Below are positions 9,220 to 17,154 of a stretch of DNA of 20,000 nt, piece after piece; the stretch's first letter is position 1, and each line of letters begins with the position of its first letter. The position numbers and the translations under genes are program-made. The stretch is from an uncultured virus (IMG/VR IMGVR_UViG_3300024301_000012). Taxonomy: Duplodnaviria; Heunggongvirae; Uroviricota; Caudoviricetes. A model generated the notes under the pieces. It was not told the origin of the DNA. It saw only the letters and a list, made by a program, of their open reading frames with translations, and made no database searches. Where the stretch lies: IMG/VR virus record IMGVR_UViG_3300024301_000012, one strand, 5' to 3'.

Positions 9220-9904
9220 AGGATTTGTCATTGTTGCTTCTGTCAAAAAAGGTTTTTATCGTTACGCAAAAGTACTAGCAGAATCAGTACGAGATTTTTA
9301 TCCAGAAGCTAACATAACATTTTTCACATACGAAGAATGGGTTGAGCCCGAAGATTATACACTGTTTGATAACATTATAACTGAAGGCATTCCTCGGCAC
9401 ATCCGTGCTAAACTTTGGGCGCTTAACAAAACTCCATACGACATTACTTGTTATCTAGACGCTGACATGATGTGTGAGCATGAAGATATTCAGAATGTGT
9501 GGGACGAATTGCCTGATGATATGGATATCGTATTCACTAAGAATCGTCCATACAATGCCAAACTAACTAAGTTAGCAGAAGGCGAAGAGATGACTTGTCA
9601 TTGTGGGTTCTTTATATATAGAAAGAATGAAGCAACGATGAATCTTATGGGAGCATGGTACACTGAGTTTCTAGCACAGACGGAACCAGACTACGACATG
9701 CTGCATTATCCACAAGATGCTAGAAAGTGGGACACATTTACTATGTGGAGACTTCTTACATATGGTGAAAAAGGTGTTAAGTGGGGATATATTAAAGAGC
9801 CAGATGCTCGTTGGAACTTTGTGAACGGATATCATTTTGAAGAACTTCAAGGAACTGATATTGTTTTGTATCATCACACAATTCCACCAAATAAGTTAGA
9901 CTAG
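9200..9904 (+). CDS. GT-A fold glycosyltransferase (GT8-like / nucleotide-diphospho-sugar transferase)
   Basis: AKLWALNKTPYDITCYLDADM (K....TPYD.T.YLDAD, DxD motif), CGFFIY, RWNF, IVLYHH. Start moved to ATG 9200 (AAGGA SD upstream). Confidence 0.85.
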   Translation: MAKKQTKGFVIVASVKKGFYRYAKVLAESVRDFYPEANITFFTYEEWVEPEDYTLFDNIITEGIPRHIRAKLWALNKTPYDITCYLDADMMCEHEDIQNVWDELPDDMDIVFTKNRPYNAKLTKLAEGEEMTCHCGFFIYRKNEATMNLMGAWYTEFLAQTEPDYDMLHYPQDARKWDTFTMWRLLTYGEKGVKWGYIKEPDARWNFVNGYHFEELQGTDIVLYHHTIPPNKLD

Positions 9905-9915
9905 GAGTTTAGATA

Positions 9916-10572
9916 ATGAAATGGATTAATATTAATAATACTGAAATATCAGAAATTTTAAACTCTTATAGTGATTGGTTTTTTGAACAAGACTTAACAG
10001 AACTAGACAAAATTGCTAACAACGAAGAAAGGCACCAAGGATACACGCTACCAAAAGCATGTGGTCTTGAGCATCTAGAAGAAATTGTCTCTAAAGATGG
10101 CAAGCATATAGGATATCCTGAGAAAACAATTTCAGTAGACATTGCTTCTGAAGGGAGAGTGCCTCCAGAACACAAGAAAAAATGCAGAGACATGGCGACT
10201 ACACTGTGTTCTTATCTAGGTGCTAGAAATCAAGCTGTCAATGTGTATTATCCAGCAACAGGTTTCATGGGATGGCATAACAACTGGAATGCATCGGGAT
10301 ACAATATTCTTCTATCTTATTCAAAAGAAGGAAATGGATTCTTTCGTTACAGAGATCCTATAACACACGAAGTTGTGAATATGCAAGATAGACCAGGCTG
10401 GACATGCAAGGTAGGATATTTTGGTAAAGGCAGAGAGCCTGACAAAGTGTTTTATCACTGTGCAGGCTCACATGAACAAAGAATTTCTCTAGGCTTTGTC
10501 ATACCACATTTAGAAATGTGGCGTGACATGATTGAAGACATTTCAGGCGAAGACGCTACTTCTTACCAATAG
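9916..10572 (+). CDS. 2OG-Fe(II) oxygenase-like (double-stranded beta-helix) protein
   Basis: YYPATGFMGWHNN...FYHCAGSHEQRISLGF gives Y..G..WH, a distal His and an RxS 2-oxoglutarate-binding-like motif. AGGAG SD. Confidence 0.7.
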   Translation: MKWININNTEISEILNSYSDWFFEQDLTELDKIANNEERHQGYTLPKACGLEHLEEIVSKDGKHIGYPEKTISVDIASEGRVPPEHKKKCRDMATTLCSYLGARNQAVNVYYPATGFMGWHNNWNASGYNILLSYSKEGNGFFRYRDPITHEVVNMQDRPGWTCKVGYFGKGREPDKVFYHCAGSHEQRISLGFVIPHLEMWRDMIEDISGEDATSYQ

Positions 10573-11239
10573 CCATAAATCGATCAAAGAAAACTTTACC
10601 TTCCCAGTTATAATAAAACTGCTCTATTTGTCCTGTGTAGAGTGGTTTTGTTATGCCTGTGTTTTCTAGATGCTCATCTATGTTAGACACACAGTTGATG
10701 CCATACATTTCCTGAATTACGTTACTAGACTGTAGAGCAAACATACAATCAGGATTCTTTGTTGTTAGTTCTTTGAGAGGATACATCTGTTCACAACCTA
10801 AAGAAATAACAATATCAGTATCAAGCGCATTGATATCATGAAACGCAAATGGAATATCTAAACAGAGATGATTGATATCCATTCCTTGATCTGTGTAATA
10901 CTTGTTAAAAACTTTAGACAATTCTAGTGCTTCGTTATCAATATCAATCAAATCCATGTGCTTTACTTTGATATTCTCACAGATTAGAGGTACAAGAGGA
11001 AAGCCCAGCCAAGAATTTAATACAATAATATTATATGCTTTCTGTTCAGATGGAGGAATCCCATCATTTTCAGCTTGTATTATTTTTACTAGATTTTCCA
11101 TCATCCAAACAGCAGCATCCATAGTGTTTGGGTTCATAGACTTTCTAAAGTCATCATGTTTGTGAGGCATTTCGTGCTCAATCTTGTCAAGCGCCATGCC
11201 CCAATATCTGAAACTAGTCAGAAAATTCAATTTTAACAT
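10556..11239 (-). CDS. Class I SAM-dependent methyltransferase-like protein (degenerate motif I)
   Basis: IIVLNSWLG...MDLIDIDNEAL...DIVISLGCEQM...FALQSSN...RFMAIG follows the pattern of phage Rossmann methyltransferase-like proteins found with GT clusters. Start moved to ATG 11239 (GGAGA SD). Confidence 0.6.
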   Translation of the reverse strand: MLKLNFLTSFRYWGMALDKIEHEMPHKHDDFRKSMNPNTMDAAVWMMENLVKIIQAENDGIPPSEQKAYNIIVLNSWLGFPLVPLICENIKVKHMDLIDIDNEALELSKVFNKYYTDQGMDINHLCLDIPFAFHDINALDTDIVISLGCEQMYPLKELTTKNPDCMFALQSSNVIQEMYGINCVSNIDEHLENTGITKPLYTGQIEQFYYNWEGKVFFDRFMAIGKK

Positions 11240-11918
11240 CTTGTGGTCTCTCCATCGAATCGTATAAACATATAAAAGGTGTCTCTCTGTATTCAAATTC
11301 TTTCACATCATTTGGGTATTGATACCCGTAGTTATAACTGTATACCCAACCACTAGGAAAGTGTCCTATATGATCGTGACTAAACTTGTTATAAAATAAA
11401 TTATCTAGTCCTCTAAAATAGAAAAACATTTGACTAGGATAGTCTCTAATCATCTTATTGAATCTTTTCATTTCTTCTGATTCAATTAGACTATCGTTCC
11501 ATCTTAACACACTAGAATTTAAATCAGTATACTTGTGTGGTACATGCTCAGTATCTTTTTTCATTTTTTCTAGATTGTGCCACTCAGTCTTTACAAATAA
11601 TAATTTGTTCTTGCACGGATGCTGTATAAAGTAGTCTATGTTTCTCTGAAGACCTATATCTAAATCCAAAAATAACTTTTCGCCTTTTTGTGTGACAACA
11701 TTACTATCAAACAAATAAAGTTTGTTCCACCACTTTTCATAGTAGTTATCTTCTGGCAAAGCTATGACATTGATAGTTTTGAAAAGTCCATCACTATCTT
11801 CAGTGAGGCAATAAAATTCAAAATCTTCTTCAACATTTTCTAAACAATGTTTGTATATCTCATTCACATGAGATGAAGAGTACTTTGTTCCCCATTTAAC
11901 TGTATAGATGTGTATCAT
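11214..11918 (-). CDS. Glycosyltransferase, GT-A fold (KWG.KY family), paralog 4
   Basis: TVKWGTKY, FYCLTED, WWNKLYLF, LFLDLD (DxD), NSSVLRW, WVYSY. ATGA overlap with the upstream stop sets the start at 11918. Confidence 0.85.
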   Translation of the reverse strand: MIHIYTVKWGTKYSSSHVNEIYKHCLENVEEDFEFYCLTEDSDGLFKTINVIALPEDNYYEKWWNKLYLFDSNVVTQKGEKLFLDLDIGLQRNIDYFIQHPCKNKLLFVKTEWHNLEKMKKDTEHVPHKYTDLNSSVLRWNDSLIESEEMKRFNKMIRDYPSQMFFYFRGLDNLFYNKFSHDHIGHFPSGWVYSYNYGYQYPNDVKEFEYRETPFICLYDSMERPQDVKIEFSD

Positions 11919-12733
11919 TGCCAATGCGCTAATAAGTCAGGATCTGCTAAGTCATCTTGTTTAGTGCTGCCACGACTTTTATCTTCAAATGGCAGCAAGT
12001 CAATGTTGAATACACAAAGAATAGCACCTGGGCGATAAGTATCTACTCTCAGATCATCTTCGTCCCAAGATCGGCCACGATTGTATGAGTATGCCATCCA
12101 ACTTGGGAAATGTCCCCATAGCTTTTCTTTACTAAAATCACCCCATCGCCAACTGTGATAGTTGTCAGTACCGTCAGTGAATGTGAACCATATTTGTTCT
12201 TGATGCTTCAACACATCTTTCCAAATAACTTCACATTGATCGTCACTCCACACTTGACAGCTACCGTTAGTATAAGCACCATGAGCAAGTTTAAACTGTC
12301 GGGTGTTCATCGGACGAGGATCTTGCCACCAACTGCGAAGTTTAGTAGGACGATCTAAGTCGTATGTAATGATAGGCCCCATATCGTTTTGGATAATAAC
12401 ATCCAAATCCAAAAAGACGAAACGACCAGTAGGTTTATCTTCAGCAAAATTATGTGTGTTGAAGACAAATGTTTTAGGGCGATCCCAGCACCTAGCCATA
12501 CCGTATTTAAAATTATCACTACCAAACCAATACTTAGGGTGAATGCTGTCAATGTCAGGGAAGTCAATTACTTTAATCTCCTCGTCTAGACCTTCAGGAT
12601 GCTCAGTATAGCAATAGAAGTGAAAGTCAAACTTTTCAGGATCAGTATGACGCTTTGCCATATTCTTTAGTTTGTTCACAAAGTGAGGACCATACTTAGT
12701 TCCCCATTTGCAGCAGATGTAGTTTACTCGCAT
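11915..12733 (-). CDS. Glycosyltransferase, GT-A fold (KWG.KY family), paralog 3
   Basis: CCKWGTKY, FYCYTE, CWDRPKTFVF, FLDLDVII, NGSCQVW, WMAYSY. The GAGG SD spacing favours ATG 12733 over 12739. Confidence 0.85.
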   Translation of the reverse strand: MRVNYICCKWGTKYGPHFVNKLKNMAKRHTDPEKFDFHFYCYTEHPEGLDEEIKVIDFPDIDSIHPKYWFGSDNFKYGMARCWDRPKTFVFNTHNFAEDKPTGRFVFLDLDVIIQNDMGPIITYDLDRPTKLRSWWQDPRPMNTRQFKLAHGAYTNGSCQVWSDDQCEVIWKDVLKHQEQIWFTFTDGTDNYHSWRWGDFSKEKLWGHFPSWMAYSYNRGRSWDEDDLRVDTYRPGAILCVFNIDLLPFEDKSRGSTKQDDLADPDLLAHWQ

Positions 12734-13482
12734 TTCCATAACCTCAATAAATCTTTATCTTTCAAGTCTTCAAGTTTTATCTGTGTTTTAGCTCTAGGAT
12801 CAGGCGTTAGGTCTGTATTGAATACGCACAATTTAGCATCGGGTCTGTATTTAAATACCTCTAAATCATCTGGATAACACATGCCTCTATTGTATGAGTA
12901 TACCCAATCAAAAGGAATGTTTGACCAGAAATCTCTGCGTCTCCAATAGTGATAGTTATCAGAACCTTTATAGAATGTCTTGAAAACCATTTCATCTTCA
13001 AACAAGACTTCATGGTATATTCTCGCACACTGATCTTCTTTCCAAAGCATCATACTTGAGTTATAGAAAGTCCCTCTCATATCAATAAACAGTCTTTCGT
13101 GTTTCTGTTTAGGATCTTGCCATGTTGAATATACTATTCTTGGCTTTTCTGCAAGACCATCAATTTCGTCTATGTTGTTTTGAATGATAACATCTAAATC
13201 AAAGTAACACCACTTGCCTTCATATCCTAACCATTTGTGTGAATTGAATACAATAAACTTTGAACGATCCCAACAATATCCTTCTTTGCCAAACCAATGA
13301 TCTGGATGTAGAACACCGTCATCAGGAATAGGATGCGTGTCACATTCTAGGCCTTCAGTGTCGTCCGTGTAGCAAGTAAATGTAAAAGGCTTCGTATAGT
13401 TCTTCTCAACCATACGAAAGAGATTATTTACATAATCAGGAGTGTATTTGTCACCCCATTTTATGCATACAAAGTTCATCAT
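12724..13482 (-). CDS. Glycosyltransferase, GT-A fold (KWG.KY family), paralog 2
   Basis: VCIKWGDKY, FTCYTDD, CWDRSKFIVF, YFDLDVII, YNSSMMLW, WVYSY. Start is 13482 or 13479. Confidence 0.85.
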   Translation of the reverse strand: MMNFVCIKWGDKYTPDYVNNLFRMVEKNYTKPFTFTCYTDDTEGLECDTHPIPDDGVLHPDHWFGKEGYCWDRSKFIVFNSHKWLGYEGKWCYFDLDVIIQNNIDEIDGLAEKPRIVYSTWQDPKQKHERLFIDMRGTFYNSSMMLWKEDQCARIYHEVLFEDEMVFKTFYKGSDNYHYWRRRDFWSNIPFDWVYSYNRGMCYPDDLEVFKYRPDAKLCVFNTDLTPDPRAKTQIKLEDLKDKDLLRLWKCE

Positions 13483-14098
13483 ATTCTTTCTCAATGTCGG
13501 GAAAGTCTGCTTGCCCGTTTAATAATGCTATCGTATATTCAGGCTTGTAAGTTCCGCCTGAGAATTTGTAAGAGTAAATCTCGTTTTCTGGGAAATGCTC
13601 GAAAGTAAAGTTTTCATGGTACAAGAATCTATCGTCACCTGCGTATTTAACCATGTAATAATCTTTGTTTTCTTCCCAATACTTATATATATGCGTTGCG
13701 TCTTCCCACAACATTACACTAGAATTGAAGTTACTTAGGTAATTAAACGACCACCTAGCGTCTTTATGATAAGGAAAGTTTTTATCTTTCCAATAAGTAT
13801 AACAAACGATAGGAGTATTGTCAAGCATATCAAACAAATGATCTACATCATGCTGTATTCTAACATCTAGGTCTAGATATAGAATCTTTCCAAAGGTATT
13901 TAATTTAAATAATTTTACCTTTTCCCAGTGTCCTTCTATCTCTTCATCAATAGGAATTGTATAAATATCAGGATGAAGACCTTCTATGTCATCTGTAACG
14001 CAGACGTAGTTATATTTGTTATTGGTAGCCTCAACAATACGATTAACGTCATTCGCCGTATACTTGTCACCGTACTTTAATGTTAAAATTGTCTTCAT
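13451..14098 (-). CDS. Glycosyltransferase, GT-A fold (KWG.KY family), paralog 1
   Basis: LTLKYGDKY, VCVTDD, HWEKVKLF, LYLDLDV, FNSSVMLW, IYSYK. Start moved to ATG 14098 to match the paralogs and avoid the divergent gene. Confidence 0.85.
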   Translation of the reverse strand: MKTILTLKYGDKYTANDVNRIVEATNNKYNYVCVTDDIEGLHPDIYTIPIDEEIEGHWEKVKLFKLNTFGKILYLDLDVRIQHDVDHLFDMLDNTPIVCYTYWKDKNFPYHKDARWSFNYLSNFNSSVMLWEDATHIYKYWEENKDYYMVKYAGDDRFLYHENFTFEHFPENEIYSYKFSGGTYKPEYTIALLNGQADFPDIEKEYDELCMHKMG

Positions 14099-14115
14099 AG
14101 TAAGATTTATTTTCT

Positions 14116-14123
14116 TATAAATA
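14116..14123 (+). promoter_or_regulatory. T4-type late promoter TATAAATA driving the fibre gene cluster
   Basis: Exact consensus in the divergent intergenic region, 26 nt before ATG 14150, with an AGGA SD between them. Confidence 0.8.
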
Positions 14124-14149
14124 AAAGAGTGAACACATAGGATAATCAA

Positions 14150-14476
14150 ATGGCTGGAATACAAAATTTAGTTATAGATCAGGGAACTACGTTTGATCTT
14201 ACTATTAATGTAACCTTAGACGATGGGTCACCGACCGATCTGACTGATTATACTATTTCTTCTCAGATTCGTAAAAGTTATTATACTAGTACTTATACAG
14301 CCTTTACAACAAGTAAAGTAAACTTAACAGGCGAAATTACGCTTTCTTTGACCCCTGAGCAAACATCTGCTTTGAAAGCAGGTAGATATGTTTATGATGT
14401 TGAGATGGCTTCACCTGATGAAACTGTAAGAGTAATGGAAGGCATAATAACTGTAACCCCAGAGGTAACACGATAA
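14150..14476 (+). CDS. Small beta-sandwich virion structural protein typical of T4-like marine phages
   Basis: NLVIDQGTTF...DLTDYT..SQIRKSY...GEITLSLT.EQT..LKAGRYVYDVE...RVMEGIITVTP is a well-conserved family pattern. Confidence 0.85.
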   Translation: MAGIQNLVIDQGTTFDLTINVTLDDGSPTDLTDYTISSQIRKSYYTSTYTAFTTSKVNLTGEITLSLTPEQTSALKAGRYVYDVEMASPDETVRVMEGIITVTPEVTR

Positions 14477-14703
14477 TGGCAATCAAAGTTTCGGTCCCGT
14501 CTAGCAACCCAAGAATTGTTTCAACGGTTGCTACAGGATCAAAAAGAGTAACCTCAGCCAAAGTAGAACAATTAGCTAATGTGGACTCTACTACGTTGGA
14601 AGATGGTTATACACTAGTGTATGACGAGGCATCCGGAAAGTGGGTAGCTCAAGCGATTAGTTCTTCGCTTCAGCTAGAAAACTTAGACGGTGGTACTTAT
14701 TAA
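14476..14703 (+). CDS. Small fibre-associated structural protein
   Basis: 75 aa, coupled by TAATG. LANVD...DGYTLVYD..SGKWVA fibre motif; ends LDGGTY. Confidence 0.75.
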   Translation: MAIKVSVPSSNPRIVSTVATGSKRVTSAKVEQLANVDSTTLEDGYTLVYDEASGKWVAQAISSSLQLENLDGGTY

Positions 14704-14758
14704 AAAAATATATTATAAAAAAAAGAAGTACTTCAATTAATAAAGGAGAAACGCCAAC

Positions 14759-16510
14759 ATGGCAACTGTAATTCAGATTAAACGCTCAACGGCAGCAACT
14801 GCCCCTACTACGAGTGCATTGCAAGAAGCGGAAATGGCTTATGCACAAGACAAAGCCAACGACGGTGCAAGTGCGATTCTATACATCGAATCCGTCAATA
14901 ACGACAACTCTGCTGCTATTCACAAGGTTGGTGGTAAGTACTACACTGACTTAGTAGATGGCGCAACTTCAGCCAAAACTAACAACGCTATTGTTAAGCG
15001 TGATGGTTCTGGTGCAATCTCTGCTGATGTAACTGGTGATCTCACTGGTAACGCCGATACTGCATCTGCATGGGCAACTGCTCGTACAATCACACTTGCT
15101 GGTGACCTTTCTGGTTCTGTAAGCATCGATGGTTCAGGCGATGTTACACTTACTGGTACTGTATCAGGCGCAGACGCAACTACTTTGACCGGTGATGTGT
15201 TCGCAGCAGATGGTACTTCTAAAGTACTTGAAAACGGCACTGACGGCACTGACGCTACTTTCACTGGTGACGTAACTGGTGACCTCACTGGTGACGTAAC
15301 TGGCGATCTCACTGGTAATGTTACTGGTGACGTAACTGGCGATCTCACTGGTAATGTTACTGGTAACGTAACTGGCGATGTGACTGGTAACGCTGATACT
15401 GCAACTGCTCTTGAAACTGCCCGCACTATTGGTGGTGTTTCATTCGACGGTTCTGCAAACATCGATCTTCCTGGTGTAAACACTACTGGTAACCAAGACA
15501 CTTCAGGCAACGCTGCTACTGCATCTGCGCTTGAAACTGCTCGCAACATCAGCACTTCAGGTGACGCAACTGGTACTGTAAGTTTTGACGGTTCTGCTGA
15601 TGCAGACATCACTCTTACACTTGCTAACTCAGGTGTTACTGCTGCAACATACGGTTCGACTACTGCTGTTCCACAGATTACTGTTGACGCAAAAGGTCGT
15701 GTAACTTCCGTATCTGAGCAAGCAATTGCTACTTCATTCGACATTACTGACGGTACAACTACTGATACTGTTGCTGGTGGCGAAACTCTTACTTTCGAAG
15801 GCACAACTAACGAAACTGATGTTGTTGTTTCTGCTAACAAAGTAACTATTGGTCTCGTAGACAACCCAACTATTGGTGGTAACCTCACTGTTTCTGGTAA
15901 CTTGACTGTTTCTGGTACAACTACTCAGGTTAACACTACTAACATGGCAGTCACAGATTCACTCGTAGCCTACGCTACTGGTAACTCTTCAGACGCAGTT
16001 GACATTGGTTTCTTCGGTAAGTTCAACGACGGTGCTGCTAAGACTACTGGTCTCTTCCGTGATGCGAATGACGGCAAGTTTAACTTGTTTACATCACAAG
16101 AAGACATTACTGGCAACACTATTGACAAGACTGCAACTGGCTATACCGTTGCGACATTGGTTGCTAACCTCGAAGGTAACGTAACTGGTAATGTTACAGG
16201 CAACGTAACTGGTAACGTAACTGGCGATGTAACTGGTGATCTCACTGGTAACGTAACTGGTAACGTAACTGGTAACCTCACAGGTGACGTAACTGGTTCA
16301 CTCTCAGGCGGTACTGTTTCAGGTCTTTCTGCTGCAATCGCAGTAGCAGACGGTGGTACTGGCGCAGGCACATTCACTAGCAACGGTATCGTTTACGGTA
16401 ACGGAACTGGTGCATTGCAAGCAACTGGTGCAGGTACTGACGGTTATATCCTCTACTCAAACGGTGGTACTCCAGATTGGACTAACACTCTTGATGGCGG
16501 TTCATACTAA
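14759..16510 (+). CDS. Tail fibre-like protein with G(D/N)(V/L)T repeats
   Basis: 583 aa with AAGGAG SD. N-terminal IQIKRS module; repeated A.AL.TAR.I....(S)FDGS units; GVTAATYGS...ITVDAKGRVT; VADGGTG; ends LDGGSY. Confidence 0.85.
   Translation: MATVIQIKRSTAATAPTTSALQEAEMAYAQDKANDGASAILYIESVNNDNSAAIHKVGGKYYTDLVDGATSAKTNNAIVKRDGSGAISADVTGDLTGNADTASAWATARTITLAGDLSGSVSIDGSGDVTLTGTVSGADATTLTGDVFAADGTSKVLENGTDGTDATFTGDVTGDLTGDVTGDLTGNVTGDVTGDLTGNVTGNVTGDVTGNADTATALETARTIGGVSFDGSANIDLPGVNTTGNQDTSGNAATASALETARNISTSGDATGTVSFDGSADADITLTLANSGVTAATYGSTTAVPQITVDAKGRVTSVSEQAIATSFDITDGTTTDTVAGGETLTFEGTTNETDVVVSANKVTIGLVDNPTIGGNLTVSGNLTVSGTTTQVNTTNMAVTDSLVAYATGNSSDAVDIGFFGKFNDGAAKTTGLFRDANDGKFNLFTSQEDITGNTIDKTATGYTVATLVANLEGNVTGNVTGNVTGNVTGDVTGDLTGNVTGNVTGNLTGDVTGSLSGGTVSGLSAAIAVADGGTGAGTFTSNGIVYGNGTGALQATGAGTDGYILYSNGGTPDWTNTLDGGSY
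15263..15391 (+). repeat. 12-bp tandem coding repeat (ACTGGYRAYSTN; TG[D/N][V/L])
   Basis: TGDV TGDL TGDV TGDL TGNV TGDV TGDL TGNV TGNV TGDV TGN. Confidence 0.95.
16175..16297 (+). repeat. Second 12-bp tandem coding repeat block (G[D/N][V/L]T)
   Basis: GNVT GNVT GNVT GNVT GDVT GDLT GNVT GNVT GNLT GDVT G. Confidence 0.95.
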
Positions 16511-16524
16511 ATAGTAGTAGTAAT

Positions 16525-16551
16525 AGAGAGGGGAGGAAACTCCCCTCTTTT
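16525..16551 (+). terminator. Rho-independent terminator
   Basis: Perfect 9-bp stem AGAGGGGAG / CTCCCCTCT with a GAAA tetraloop and short T tract, just after the 16510 stop. Confidence 0.85.
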
Positions 16552-16578
16552 ACTTAACATAACAAAGGTGAAAATATA

Positions 16579-17154
16579 ATGGAAAACGAAAACTTGATTA
16601 ATGCTTATATTGCAAATCTTGCAAAGAGCGTGAATGATTTAACACTTGAAAATCTTCTTTTGAAATCAAAGCAACAAAATACTGTTACTGAAACGGCAGA
16701 GATACAAGAAAAAGTAAGAAATCAGGCTCAAGAGATTGAAGAGCTAAAGGACACTGAAGAGAAATTGAGGAATGAAAACTTCGATCTTCAGCGAAAAGCT
16801 AAGGATGATGCAGATTTCATTTCAAGACTAGAAGGTGGTATTGAACAAGCTAATGGAATTATAGCGCAATTTGAAACAGAAAAGGATGCGGCATTAGCTA
16901 AAGTTGCAAGACTTGAGAAAGAAGCCAAGCAACAAGTAGTAAAAGCACCTACTGATACTAAAAAATTAGAAGAAGAAAAAGCTACATTATTCAATCAAAA
17001 TGTTAAGTTACTAAAAGATTTAGATTATGCCGAGAATAAAATTAAAGAGCTTAAAGAAAAGCTCAGAAATAATACAAAAGAGGAATCGGTAAATGGCAAC
17101 AATAATCAAGCCGAAACGGTCGGAAACACAGGGCTCAATACCGAGTTCAGGTGA
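16579..17154 (+). CDS. Coiled-coil hypothetical protein
   Basis: 191 aa, E/K/Q/L-rich heptads, AAGGTG SD; overlaps the next gene by 62 nt. Confidence 0.8.
   Translation: MENENLINAYIANLAKSVNDLTLENLLLKSKQQNTVTETAEIQEKVRNQAQEIEELKDTEEKLRNENFDLQRKAKDDADFISRLEGGIEQANGIIAQFETEKDAALAKVARLEKEAKQQVVKAPTDTKKLEEEKATLFNQNVKLLKDLDYAENKIKELKEKLRNNTKEESVNGNNNQAETVGNTGLNTEFR

Noticed and set aside
8044..12877. Short overlapping ORFs at 8044, 9671, 9966, 10902, 12155, 12303, 12355, 12389 and 12683
   Set aside because: Nested in or antisense to better-supported genes, with no recognisable protein features.
9200..14098. DNA hypermodification role for the GT/oxygenase/MTase cluster
   Set aside because: Not excluded but disfavoured: there are no nucleotide-metabolism genes in the window and the context is entirely structural. 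Retained as the main alternative to the top finding.
14099..14164. N-terminal extensions given by the ORF track (14164, 13494, 11924, 11296, 9194)
   Set aside because: Downstream ATGs fit the paralog alignments, SD positions or stop/start coupling better.
14941..15888. 315-aa minus-strand ORF (also 16141-16383, 18161-18472, 19330-19563)
   Set aside because: Antisense shadows of Gly/Thr-rich fibre genes; the PVT/PVR repeats simply mirror the GxxT codons.
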